Assembly (NCBI GenBank): GCA_030141605.1 | Contig: JAQGDQ010000461.1 | Location: 1-64,000 of the forward strand | DNA from: Tubiluchus corallicola | Lineage: Eukaryota; Animalia; Priapulida | Reading direction: 5' to 3' | Length of the DNA stretch: 64,000 bases | Shown: one piece after another, positions 25,620 to 39,600 of the stretch | How positions within the stretch are numbered: the first letter of the stretch is position 1 | Layout of the letters: each line of letters begins with the position of its first letter | Notes under the pieces: model-generated | Told to the model about the DNA's origin: nothing | Database searches by the model: none | What the model saw: only the letters and a program-made list of their open reading frames with translations | Translations under genes and position numbers: made by a program

Positions 25620-27648
25620 CACCAATATTGTACATGTACAACAAAAACCAGTAACAAGTATGTATACATACAAATGGGTAGATTATAACCTACTTTATAC
25701 ACCAAGTTACAAATGAGTAACTTCCAAGACATCTTAATTATGCCAGCAAAATTTATCCTTACCAGTTGAGCCATTATTTAAATTTCATTAAAATATAAAA
25801 AGAAAAAATAATTTACATAAAACTGATCATCATAATAATAGATCATTGATTGTTTTATTACACTATAAATAACTTTAGTTACTGATAAATAAAGAATCCA
25901 CTTAGCAGTGGTACCTGCACCTTGCTAAGTGGTTGAAGTCATTTTTGGTTACTCGTAACTGTCGTTTTAGAGTGGTTTTACTGCAGATGTATTATGCTGC
26001 ACTTTATGCGATTATCCGACTAATGAGGTCTCATGTGAGCTGTTAGTGAAGCTAATCCAGCCTAAAGTACGATTTAATGAAAGGAAACTAGCAGGGCGCA
26101 TTAGTTGTACGGAACCAGAAAGAAAAAGCACAAACCATTTTTATGAGCAGAAACGAATTTAACAAAAATGACACCGAAAATTTAAAACGAGGTTACAATC
26201 CCGTGCTACATAGAAAATGATGACATGAACACTTATTGAATAAACGCTGCTAAGTTAATAAACATCTATAGTTAACCAGAAACAATGCAAAACAAACAAT
26301 CCCAGCGATAAACAACTCATGTGCAACAAATGGACAGGTATTTCAAATACTGCTGCCCTGCTATTATCTTATGGAAAAATTCGGGATGTAGGAGAAGAAA
26401 AACTTAGATTGTAAGCACGTAATCATTACTAAAGTATTCAGTCCGTGTAATGCGCCTGCTCACATTTTTATACTAATAACTGATCCGCCTAATCATTTAA
26501 CACTACAAAGCCTTAAACACACTTTAGCCGGAACAGCTGGAGAAACAAGTCAAATGTGATCGATTACCGAATGCACGTAACTGGGGTGCCAAAAAGAAAA
26601 CTAGCTGTTACCGAATCATTCAGATTATTTTTAATTAAGACTGTTTTTATTTCTAGTATATAATAATACCTACAACAGGATAGCCTTATAGTCATGATGT
26701 TGGACTTGTTATCAACTTTTTGCACAGTTTCTGTTACACAAAAAAAATTCTTTCAAAATTATTTAATCAACAATCACGGTAGCAATAATAAACGTTGCAC
26801 AAAGAAGAGAAGCCTGTAAGTTATTACACCTAACTTCCATATTTCAATGACAACGGTAGCAATAATTAAAGGTTTGTAATTTTACTGTTCATAATTGAAG
26901 ATCAAGGTAACATCAATTCTTCATCACGATTTTTTATTAATGATTTTCGAAGTATAAATATAAAACGCACAGAGAGACAGTTAGTAAGAGAAAGTTAGTT
27001 TGACGTCTAACATAATGTCAATCATTTTCGTTGACTGCCCAATCAGCGTGCAAGTTATTTCACACACCCCTGCAGCATGTACGTTCGAGACATTTAGCTA
27101 CAGCTCCGTCTAACACTGTTATGAAAAATGCTCAACTTTTCATTAGTTAGCGGGAGAAATATTGGCCTGGTTCTAGATTTTATAATTGTCAATTGAAATT
27201 GCAAGTGAAATAGTGGAAATATATAGTCTAGTTTCGTTTATAGGAAGAAATGCACAACGCTTACGTCTATGAGTTGCTGATACCATTGGGACTTATGTGA
27301 CTCGGGCATTCGATATAAGGGTCGTCTATGGAATGGAACAGTCATATTTATTCCAATTCCATAGCCTGACAAACGGAAAAATACAAAACCTTAAAAAATC
27401 TATCAGACGAGCACATGATCAATTAATATAGAAAAATACATCGCAGGCTTGATGTTCGTATGTTTAAAGGCAAGAGAGACTTAATATTTTTGTAGCTCAT
27501 TCATTGTGGCTTAGTTTCTTTACTATATTCACGTCTCTGTATTTTGTAGTGCTTTGAAACTTCGTCTCTACAATCTGTTTAAATTGAAAAGTAATTTTTT
27601 GGCTACTTGAAGTGTTAATTTCGTGTTAAAATAGCTGCTGCTCTGCAA

Positions 27649-27712
27649 ATTTGTGTTTATGAAAAAGAGCAATCAGTTTATTTGTGTTTATGAAAAAGAG
27701 CAATCAGTTTAT
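27649..27712. repeat. 31-bp perfect tandem duplication
   Basis: atttgtgtttatgaaaaagagcaatcagttt x2. Confidence 0.9.
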
Positions 27713-30429
27713 CTGCTGATTAGACATTAGTTGTGACTGTCATGTCGTTTAGTTTAGTTTAGTTTAGACAGCTGTTGTCCTGCGTGAGCTGTTATCCCGA
27801 ATGCTGCTGAGCGTGCTTACGTTACAGCGGGTGCGGAGCGATAGACCAATATGTTTGACGTCAATTAAACAGCCAAACATAGCTAACTCACACTATCAGA
27901 TAAGGGCCAGGCAGTGATTTCATGTTTGCCGGCTGATAGTCACACGTGAATGTTACGGAATTGGGTAGGTATATTCTTAAAAGCAGGTCGCAAAACCGTA
28001 TGAAAATGATGGGACAAGTGAAACCTAACTTGTGTATTGTTATTTGTAATTAAATGGTTTTGTTTGACATGAGTTGGACAGATTGAAAAGGCAATCCTGA
28101 CAGGTTGAATAACATAGATGATACTACTACTATAAGAATTTAGCTTATTCCATCTTGAAAGTATGTAGCTTAGATCTGTCTAAGCTTTTCAGATTTCATA
28201 TTTAAAAAAGATGATTAATACTACCACGCCTCCATTAGCTGTTAAGGAGGCAAAGGGTGGCATACGTAAAAATAAACATAATTATCAGTTCGTACCACTC
28301 AACTAATGTGGCAACTCTAGTAGAGTCTAGAGTATAAATGACCAGTCGTAGAGAACAAAAAGCTGCCTACTCCATACAAATAAAAATTATATATACATAC
28401 AATTACAAATTAATCACTCACTTGTTCCCATGGAAACATCGTAAACAGTTAACTACATAATAGCATTGAGCAACAGTTACGATATCACAACAACACAAAC
28501 CACATTAAATTAATTGACTTCAATTTCAATTAAACGTTGTGCAGCTCCGCAAATAATTTTAATTTTGGTAAAGGGAAAGTCAGAGCAAGCTGTTAGTCCA
28601 CAAATGTCACTAGAGCCCAGCTCAACCCTTTATATAGACAATGTTATGCCAAGTCGACAACAAACAATTATAATGCACACACATAATTATTGACAACACA
28701 TATTTCAGACACAATAATTTGTACATGAATTCATGTTCTGTGTAAAATATATAAGTAATTCATAACAGTGACTTCATATACTTTTTACAGTCAACAATGA
28801 ACTTTTTAAGAACTATTCCTGGGTGATATTTTAGATATAAATTGCTGCAAATATAAGCCATACTAGCTGCAAGTTTGTACAGACTGAACTGTGACCTAAT
28901 TACAAATTTACAAAATTCTGTACAAAAGTGTGACTGCACACAGTGTTGCAAGGAAGCCTAATTAACAAAATTAAATATTCAACAAATCTTAAATAATCAT
29001 TACAAACTTACACACCAAGACTGTACAGGTGTTTATACAGAAACCAGTTGCAATGATACTGAAGCTTACACCGACTTGCTGTAGGTCATGCTATTTACAA
29101 ATCCCACATCTAAAATTACTAAAACCTATCAACTACACTATCCTACTAATTGTACTGCTAACACACAATTTCTAAAATGTCACCTTCCAAATTACAAATC
29201 GCTCGTTCTGCCCAACAGTGCTACTTAATACGTGTATTGGATGACTGTGGCAGTAGCATTCTATTATTAGGATGCCCAGTGCTTATTAATGGTTATTTTT
29301 TAACTTAATGTAACACTTAATGTCACTTTTCATACCATTAAGGTTCTAAAATGTGTCATTACATTGAAACCCAACAACAAAAATTGGTGTGGTTATGCAC
29401 TTGCCTTTGCATACAAATATGTTGTTCTCCGTAATGCTTAAGACTAAAAAATACTACAATAAGAAATGATAACTTGTTAAGTAGCAAATAAATGCTATAA
29501 ATACTTTGGCTACAATGCCCCGATTTAGACAACGAAACTATCACACTCAAAACTATTTTATTCAGACATGCAGTATTGCTACCTCCAGCTTGCCTTGACA
29601 GCTTGAATCTTGTTAGTATTACCTTTGCAAAATGCCCGCCAAAAACGATTATGTATTTACCTTCACATAAAATACACTTCAGGATTTTTTCCACAAAAAT
29701 GAAAATGAAACAAAAATAAAACTTATATGGGATAATCGGGAGCCAAAATTTGTTACAGTGTACAATGTACACCTTATCTTTTCAACAAGATGCTAGGAGC
29801 AACCTAACGTGATTCTGCTCACATGAACAATAATTTTAAACACATTTGCTTTTCAAGGCCTTTTGCTTGTAACATGTTGTGCCAAATGATCCTGGCTCTT
29901 GTGAAAAATCTGAATAAGAGGGAGCGGTGCACCTGCATAAACTAATGCAACTATGCAAAGGAAGAATAACACCATACACAGACACACTTGATACCTACTG
30001 CAGCTTAGGAACAGTACAACAACTGTTGTCTTGATTATCACGTGCTAAATCACAAATACTGCTGTCTCAGCATGAATGAAATTAAATGCGCATAAATTAT
30101 TTAATTTTTTCAACTACACATAACACTGACAGTCATCAAATGCAATCGAGCTGTTTCACGTAATTCCTACATCACAACCTATTAAAGAGGGTTAACTTAT
30201 GAGCTTCTCAGATTTGGTAATACTTATGCATCAAGTAAATGCGCTGACAAATGATACTGATGAGAATTGAAAGTTGATGCAAAGGAAGGTGCAAAAGCAA
30301 CAGTAAATTATGGTGGCAATATAGATGGATTGGTCCCAGCAGGAAGTATAAGTTTCCGATAAAACTCTTTTGTAAAGTACCGAGGTGTTAGAAACACGGG
30401 CACAGATCCAGTTTCGGGTGCTGACATCT

Positions 30430-30641
30430 TTATGCCTCGCTGCAACTATTTAACAGAAATGGTACATAGAACATTTTACTTGTGAGCAAGAGTTTTCCAG
30501 CAGACCGGATCTCGGGTAATCGAAGAAGTATCTCACCAAATCGATTTGGTTGATTGGAGTATTTGTACTCCAACAATGTGTACAATGCTTTAACATAGCG
30601 CTCTTGAATTGGTTCAGCTTCATGTATAGGCTGCAAGTTAT
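30430..30641 (-). CDS. Hr4: HR4 last coding exon (LBD C-terminal helices)
   Basis: ttttag|[19 protein letters not shown]...LLRLPEI...[19 protein letters not shown]. Confidence 0.93.
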
Positions 30642-33600
30642 CTAAAATACAAATTTAAAATCTTGATTATTAACAGTTATTATTCACACCAGTGTTAGTA
30701 CACCTTGTTCTGCAATTTACAATAGACACTAGATAAGCATTAAACATACACAAACTTGGATGTTCCTAAAAGTAATAACTGAATGAGATTCAACATGAAA
30801 AAATGTATTAAAAAAGTTTTACTTGAAGTCAAAACTCCAATCCCAATTTAAAAAAATTGCTTTATCTTCTGTACATACCGTTTGGAAAGAGACAGAGAAA
30901 AGATGAAATTGGTAATTAATGTAATATGAAACTTATGCGTACAGACATGTTTTTTTCATAACACTTCCGTTATGGGTCATACATTGTTTTCACTAGAAGA
31001 AATTTTATATTTATTGAAGGTTTGCGACACAGTTTAGTATACAAGTTATCATCATTATTTTCACTCTGCATACCAATATACATAATCTCTAACATGGAAT
31101 ACTTAAGTGTCAGAGATTATAGAATGACATCTATACTTTTGGAAAATGAGCTAGAGAGGGCCTCTTTGGCAAATACAGAAGTTAACAATTTTCAAAGAGC
31201 TACCAAAGAAAGTGGGGAGAAAGTCACTGTCATTGGTGATCACAAAACTATGGTTCGACACAGACCTGCTTTACTCGTACTAAACAATAATTTAGAAAAG
31301 CATACAAAAGTATATTGTATATCATATTGTTTGGTGAGCATGTGCTTCTTGCAAATATCAAAAATGAATTCATTCTTGTTTCATTTGAGTGCCACATTAG
31401 ATAATACATTTACCTTTGTAAGCATTTTTGTCAACTTACCTTGATTGAGTAAAATAATCACTTTAAGGCAAGCATACTCTTCATCAGAAAGTGCCATGTT
31501 ACGGAATATGATTGCCATGTGAGTGATCCGCTCCACCATCTCACCAACCTCTTCATGAAGTTCCTCAACGGTGAACTCCCGATCAAATATTCTGTTCATT
31601 ACTTTCTGTAATGAAAAAAGGAAATCATCAACCACAAGTTTGCTCACCTGAAGTCAATATGTATTCGCAAGCTCACCACAGTAAAAATAGCTGTAAAATA
31701 ATATTTTAACACTAGTAATCATCCGCTTGAACTAGCCAACGATAGTCAATAAAACAAGAATGTGAATTTCTAAATGTGGATAATATCCTGCTTCCACTTC
31801 TTTTTGATTCCTCGTTGTTCCGAAGATTTTTCTCTGCTTGCCCTTTAATCTAAGGTTGTACTTATTTAGAATTGCCTGTAATACTTGGCTTCGTTATATG
31901 CATTTAGTAGGTCAGCCAATCAGAATTGAGCACAATTTTTAGTCTACTGATTGGAAGCGAAGAAATCGCTACGTCTTTTACTTTTTCTGTAATATTGAAT
32001 TTAAAATAAGTTTTTGTGATTACTTCAAAACAACTGGTAGTAGAGAGTAGTTATAGTATGCAGTGAAACTCGCCATAGCCATGAGACAGCAGCAACAATC
32101 GTTTGGAAAGGATAGCGATGGGTATGTAGCGCTAAAATTATCGACACTAGTCGGCAAGAGTTAAAAGCAGAGAAGGCTAGCGCCAAATCTGCACTTACAA
32201 AGTTAAAGAATAAACTACTGCATTTAATCAGTCAAGATGTCCACCAGGACGAATGGGAAACATGTCAGAACATTTTAGATTTATTTGATAAGATAGACGA
32301 GGTGCAAAGTAGAGCAAAGTTGGTGGTGAAGAATTTGCTGGAAAATTATGAATTCGAAAGAGTCGTTTTTGGTGTAAATGCATCGCCATTTCTTGCACAA
32401 TTTGTGATGCAGAAGCATGCAGCGAAATTTCAATTGCAGTATCCAATGGCAACAGAAACCGTATTCTACCCAAAGTATATGGACGATAACATGGATTCAG
32501 CCATCGATGATGAACAAGGCATAGAGCTCTACAGTCAATTATCTAGTCTTTGGGAAAAGGCTGGCATGCGAGCTCGTAAATGGTTATCAAATTCACCTGT
32601 AGTGTTAGCCAAGATACCACAGGAGGAGAGAGCATCAGAAATCAACTTAGATGCAGGGCTTCTTCCGAGCATAAAGACACTTGGAGTACTGTGGCTGGCA
32701 AAGGAAGATGTTTTCACCTTCAAACCAAAATCCCTAAACACTGACAATTTCGTATTTATCAAGCGCAATATACTGAGGAAGATCGCTACAATATTCGATC
32801 CACTAGGATTTGTGGCATCATTTCTCGTTCGAGGCAAAATTATCATGCAGGAAATGTGGATCTAGGATAGGACGATGAGCTTGATGAAAACTTGCAATGG
32901 AAAGCCAAAATGTGGTTTACAGAATTGGCTGAGATGCCAGAAATTCATATTCCGAGATGTTTAGTCATGGAGGGGGGGGCGCAGATTCATGCATACTGCA
33001 CACATTCGTAGATGCATCGCAAGAAGCCTATGCAGCAGTCAGCTATCTACTTTTTTGGTGTGATAGTATGAACGTTTTATGGTGGGTAAGGAGTAGAATT
33101 CGCACACTGAAACCGTTCATCGCTAATCGTACAGACGAAATTCATAGTCACGCATTTCCACATCAATGGCGGCATGTCACATCAAAGGAGAATGCTGCTG
33201 ATGCCATGACTAGAAGGAAAACTGCGGATCAACTTAGTCATGATGAACACTGGTGGAGCGGACCGAAATTTCTTTACCAGAACGAGCAAGAATGGCCATC
33301 TAAAATTATAGAACTTCAGCAAGTGGATGATGCAGAACTTAGAAAACCAACAAAAAACAGACGTGTATTTAATCATGAAGCTGTTGAAATTACATCACTG
33401 GACCAATACAAAACCAGGATGACAAATGCCGTCTAAAACCTGAGCGGTTTTCCAGTTGGTTACGACTGATTCGAGCACAAAAGCATGGGTACATCGTTTT
33501 CTAGAAAATTCTGGTGATTCAAAACTGCACAAGAAGTTAGGAGATTAGAGCCAGATGAATTGCAAGACGTCGAGATAAGCATTGTACGAAACATGCAACG

Positions 33601-36600
33601 TGAAGCCTTTTCACTGGAATACAAATTACTCCAGAATAACCAACAGTTGCCGAATGAATTTATTGAATTCTGCAATTGAGTCTAATGAATCTAAATATGA
33701 AATTATTTAGAATTGCCTGTAAAACTTGGCTTCGTTATATGCATTTAGTAGGTCAGTCAATCAGAAGTCAGCACATTTTTAGTCTACTCATTGGAAGTGA
33801 AGAAATAGTGCATTGTATGACTGTACTCAAAACATTAACAGACGGTTTGTCTGGGATAAACTAGAATGGATGAAAAGAGAAAGAAACCAAAATTGCCAGA
33901 CTAATCCTCAAAATGGGAGAACTCGCAAGTACTTGTTTATTGCAGCAATTTTGTTGGTGCCACGTGCAAAGTTATCAAGTGATTTTGACAATTTCTTAAT
34001 TCTTATTAATTTACGGCAAATAAAGATTGTACTGCTTTACTGCTTTTGCTCCTAATCTCAAACTAAAAGTCAAAACTTTGTACTCAATAAAGTACCGAGA
34101 GGAAACGTACAATTTCCTCGAGAATGATTTACGTGAAAGAATTATCACCCAATTAAGTGTAATTTTACATTCGCTAGGCTAGTTCTTCACTGTTACATGT
34201 ATTTCACCATTCGCTAGTTAGACAGGCACTAGCGCCTATATCTCGGAAAAGCATTGCACAAAAAACAGGTGCTATACCTCTCAGTTCAGAGGTGCTTGTT
34301 TTTGACGTAGTCTATACATTCGAGAGCTCAGCACAGCAGTAAACTAGAAATTTGAATTTTAAATTTTAGGCCTATCACACCGAATGTTGTATAAAAGCAC
34401 TGTACTACAATTTTCGATTTTGCAAACACGTGCAATATGCTTAAAGAATGTTTGAGCAGTTGTAAATATGTTCACTTGTGATGTTATCATTAATTGGGCT
34501 CGCCCACCATTACTTAAGTTTTTAACCTTTTATTTAATTATCAGAAACACATATTATAGGTGTTAAAATGTATTCTTTTTGCAGTACATCAAAATGGGGT
34601 AGGATATGAAAAATCATCCTGAAAAATCACAATAACTTCTGAGACTCTACACATAATCGTCAAGAATAATTCATTACCTGTAAGTCTTGTAGACATGCGG
34701 TCACTTGCTGGTCAAAATTCATATTCGGAGCCGGACGTCTGACCTTTGCCTGATATACGGCCGTCGTTAACGATAAAATCTCATGCCACTTTTGCATGAG
34801 GAGTCTCGTGTGAATGGCTATGGGCAGCTCACTGTAGAAAGGTAGTCGCTTCGTCCACTGAACGAGCTTGTACACCATACTGTCTCCAATACTACACAAC
34901 TGCGTATTCGCATCAGATTTATTGGTCTGAAAAATCCAACTTGTAGTGATTGGGACTTAGGCATGTAGATTACATAAGCTTATACAAATTCAAGTGTTCC
35001 TTGTTCACATATTCTTTCTGTTTGTTCACTAATCTGAAGTCTGTTTGATACTTTTTCTGGCAACCTTGATTAATGCAATCTAACACATTACTAGCAATAA
35101 AATAATAATAAAAATATGAAATAAAGATGGATTAAGTCAATAAAACCATCAACAAACAGCTCACAGAAAATGCCTGAACATTACAAGTTACCACCTTTTG
35201 GCCTTCAGGTCAAAAGTTTTCTGAAAAAAGTTTTTTGACTCCACGCATAGATTATGATAAAAATGTACGTTATGGTACTCAGCAATAGCTGCAAGTTGCT
35301 CGCATTGATACCACTTTACAGTAATAAAATTATGCATGGGTCAGCATCATCTAAGAAATGCTCCATAACCAATTTGATGTAGTATTTAATCCACCAGCAC
35401 ATAAAGACTTGCAGAAAACTTGGCAAACGTAAAAGTTAAACAAATTTTGTTAAATATGCATATTTCCTATTTTGTAGAATTTGTGCTACAATGAAAATTA
35501 GTTTCTTGAAGATCTGTAAGCAATTCCACCTCTTGCGGAGTAAACTGTTTGTCACTATCGTTCTAAAAAACTATTATAAAAGTTAGACGGATAAGACAAT
35601 TTTTAAAAACGCACGCTGGGATCTATGACACTTTGTCTCTGAATAAAATTAAGTAATTATCGAACATTCAATACACAAATTACTGTGGCAAATCCAGTTA
35701 TAGTGGAATGCATAGGATAAACTTCCAAAATGAGACAGAACTAGCAGAGGTGGTGGATTAGCATACACCTCCACAACAAGAAAAATAGCTGGAAGCAATA
35801 TGGCAGACAAGACTGCCAAGAAACAGTTCTCACGGTAGCCACCCATCTACTCACTTGGTGCTGCTTAATTATCGCAGCCAAGCCACTACTGCTCAGCTAT
35901 TCTGCACATACTAAATACAGGAAAAGTCTGCAATGATCAACTAAACGAAATAATTGTATCCTTATCTATAATTTACTTAAGGTGGGCTTGTACCCATCTA
36001 ATTAGTTTATCGTTTTCAGCAAATAAACGTCATGAGCTACGCTAAACCAAACCATGTGCTAACCGATAGTTTTATATACACATAACAATAAAATAATTCA
36101 TGAAATATGAACATAAGTCAGCACTAAGAATCTGCTTCAATTTTTAATTCACTTACTCTTTATAATTTTAGTAAATGACCTCTCAGACAATCCTCTGATG
36201 TTGCTGAGCTATCTAACCACACATTATGTATATACATATTCACAAAATATCTTCCAGTATTAAGAACAACTTCTTCAAACATATACTTTTACTTTTATCA
36301 TTCATGCATTTTCATCTACCCCATACTTCATTAGCTGTAAACTTATTGTTGTTTGTTTGCTATAAGAGAAATCAACTTAAATGCCTTATTCTTCTTAAAG
36401 CCCATGTCACACAGAACTGGACATAATCCATAAGGCGTCAGCCGCGAGGAGAAAAAGTCACCTGATGAAAAATGAACGTATGCTAACCAATGGTTCCTGT
36501 CACACAGATAATCCATTCGCCGTCTTCTGCCTACCACGGTTTGCCTACTGTAAGCCATCTGCCATAATCAGCGTTAGGCTCCTCACAAGCCATTTTGAGC

Positions 36601-39600
36601 TGTTAATAAGGCGACTTATTGCAAAATGAATTTGACCATTAATTTCATTTGCCATAAGGCATTTTGGTCACTACTAATTTGGTAATTCGCATGTTTATGA
36701 TTTTTACAGTTCACAATTCATTTATATCATAAGAACTCGCAACAGAATGGTCTCATAAACATTAAAAAGCAGTTTTTAAATGCGACGTTTCACCAATACT
36801 GCTATTAGATACACGCGTTGCCGAAACGGCTTATAGCAAAGCGTCTTACTACTTACACAGAGTAAGAAGCATACCACGGATTATGATGTACGCCTTATGA
36901 AAGATGGAAGACACCTTATGGATTTTGGATTATGGCTTGCTCCTTGTGCCTTTCTCTGTGTAACACAGACTTAAGTTTGAGCTAAACCTACCATTTCTAT
37001 CTGCTAATAGTCAATTCTTCAAATGCACATTTCACCCACACTTACCTCTATAATGCGGTCAATATTTTTAATAACCGCAATGTCTTTAAATGTATCACAG
37101 CTAATAAGTTCTGCAATCAGGCGCATGCTGCGCTCTATCTTGCCTTCCTTTGGTTCATCAGTTGTTGTGGGCGAGATCGATTGCTTCATGTCCGTGCTTG
37201 ACACCGGTTCCGGTTTCACGATCACACTTGTTTGGTTTGTAATGTGTGGACTAACATTTGGTACCACAGGTGAAAGATGAGATGGCAATCCATGAGGTAT
37301 GAAGGTCACAGGGTTCGCAGATGTGGGTACGACCAGAGCCTGTGGTTTTCCGACACCACCTGGTGACTGAGCAGGGTGGGGAAATGATAAAGGATGAGGA
37401 TGTTGGTATGACTGTTGTTGTTGTTGCTGATGTTGTTGCTGCTGCTGCTGCTGCAGTTGCTGCTGATTGCTTTGGTTTTTCTTTTTATGTTTCTTGTATT
37501 TCACCTAAAAAAATAAAAGAAGTGTTGAATGTGACTTGACACTGGTTACTCCATGACACTTGACACTGGGAAATTTTATAGCCAAATTACTTTGTTGTGC
37601 TTCCACGAGATAACGTGTGAATAAAAAGAAGCATGGCTTGCAGTAATTTTTTGACTATAACTAAGACTAAGTACATATATGACTACTAGTTGCTTTAATT
37701 TGACTAACCACTAACTATGATTCAAGTTGACTGTACTCAATTTGAACTGACTATTTCCTTGACTTCACTATGATTCTACCTGACCTCACTACAGCTCATC
37801 TTGAATTGACTATTCCTCGGTTGAACTACAGCCAAACATTAATTTAATTTCATTAGAGCTTAACTTGCAAAAACCATTTCTTGACTTGGCTAATGACTAC
37901 GGTTCAATTTGAAGTAACAATTTCTTGTTTTGACTATGGCCCAACTTCAAGTAACTATTCTTGATTTGACCATGATCAATTTGAAGCAACTAATTCTTGA
38001 TTTTAGTATGGCTCAGTTTGAAGTACATATTTCTTGATTTCACTATGGCACAATTTGAAGTTACTGTTCCTTGACTTAACTATGGACTCAACCTAGCTAT
38101 GAGGTAGAAGTAACTATTACATGACTTGACTATGGCTCAATTTGAAGTAACTATTTCTTGACTTAACTATAGCTCAACTTGAAGTAACTATTTCTTGATT
38201 TCACTATGATCAATTTGAAGTAATCAATTTTGAAGTAATCAATGACTAATCAAGTCATTTGTTGATTTGACTACGGCCCAACTTCAAGTAACTATTCTTG
38301 ATTTGACCATGATCAATTTGAAGCAACTATTTCTTGATTTCACTATGGCTCAATTTGAAGTAACTATTTCTTGATTTGACTATGGCTCAATTTCAATTAA
38401 CTATTTTTTGATTTGACTACGGCTCAGTTTGAAGTAAGTTTGATTTGAATATGGCATAATTTGAAGTAACTATCCTTGGCTTGAGAACGACTCACTTTGA
38501 AGAAACTATTCCTTGATTTCACAATAGCTCAACTTGAAGTAATTAGTCCTTGATTTCACTATGGCTCAGTTTGAAGTAACTATTGCTTGACTTAACTATT
38601 GCCCAACTTGAAGTGAATAATGCTTAATTGGTAATGACTATTCCTTCATTTGACCATGGTTCAGTTCAACGAATTTAAGTATCCTATGTTTAATGAACAA
38701 GTATCTGAGAATTTAAGTACCCTGTAAAACCTGAGCATTGAACATAATGAAGTGCAGCGAAATAAAAAACCAGTAGTTTCTTGCCAACGCCATAGCAGAC
38801 AGATGGTCAACTATCCTGAATGGGAATCATTGGGTTAGCGCTTTTCTGCCCAACTGCCTGGATATGTCAGTAAGAACACTATTTACTGTTGTCATGGATA
38901 TGTTATATATGTTACAGGCAATGTTTAAAAAATTTAGACATTGTATAAAATTACTAAGCATTTCAACATCTATACATTTTAGGGAAAAGTGTGAAATAAA
39001 TCGTTTCGCGGCGACATTTTCATACTTTGCCAGGCGTTTTGTATAACACCTAGGCATTGTACAGAATGTGTAAACCGACTTAGTCAATGCATTAAATTGA
39101 GCAATGAGTTCAAGTAAACAAGTGACTTAATTGTTATATTGGTGCGCTAAAAACATTTATAAAAAATAAGAATATAACTGAGTGGCAACAAGTAAATAAT
39201 ACAGTAGTCAATTTAGAATAACTATGGGTATCGATATATGTGTTTCACAAAGTATGTCAAGAAGTTCACTTTCTGGTTGATTGTATGGTTCACTATATAA
39301 TTGTTTTTCTGTTTGCACGATCACTACACGACCATAAGCAATAATGAGGAGGCTGCTTTTCCGCCCTGACATTAAAGTCATTTACCTGATTAATTAATTG
39401 CTAGTATTTTTCGTCACTTAGAAAAACGGCGCTTATTGCTTTATTTGCCCGCCCTTTTCTAATTCAGTGTAAAATCATTCTTTCATTTTAAACACGGAAT
39501 AGTTAGGTATTTCAGTATCCATCCTCTACAAAAACAAATACGAAGTACTAATGTCCTTAGATCAGACACGTCCTCTCTTCTCGTTTAACAGTTTCCATCG

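Noticed and set aside
29579-29585. let-7 seed match CTACCTC (vertebrate NR6A1 is a let-7 target)
   Set aside because: It is on the plus strand, antisense to the HR4 mRNA.
30855-30910. Possible microexon in HR4 intron 7 (pyrimidine tract then GTATGT)
   Set aside because: No AG before the donor-like site, and no frame-preserving AG...GT pair.
31022-31444. 140-aa plus-strand ORF in an HR4 intron
   Set aside because: Non-ATG start, no recognisable motif, antisense to the host gene.
37650-38670. 37-bp array as CRISPR-like
   Set aside because: Contiguous diverged units with no unique spacers; an ordinary minisatellite.
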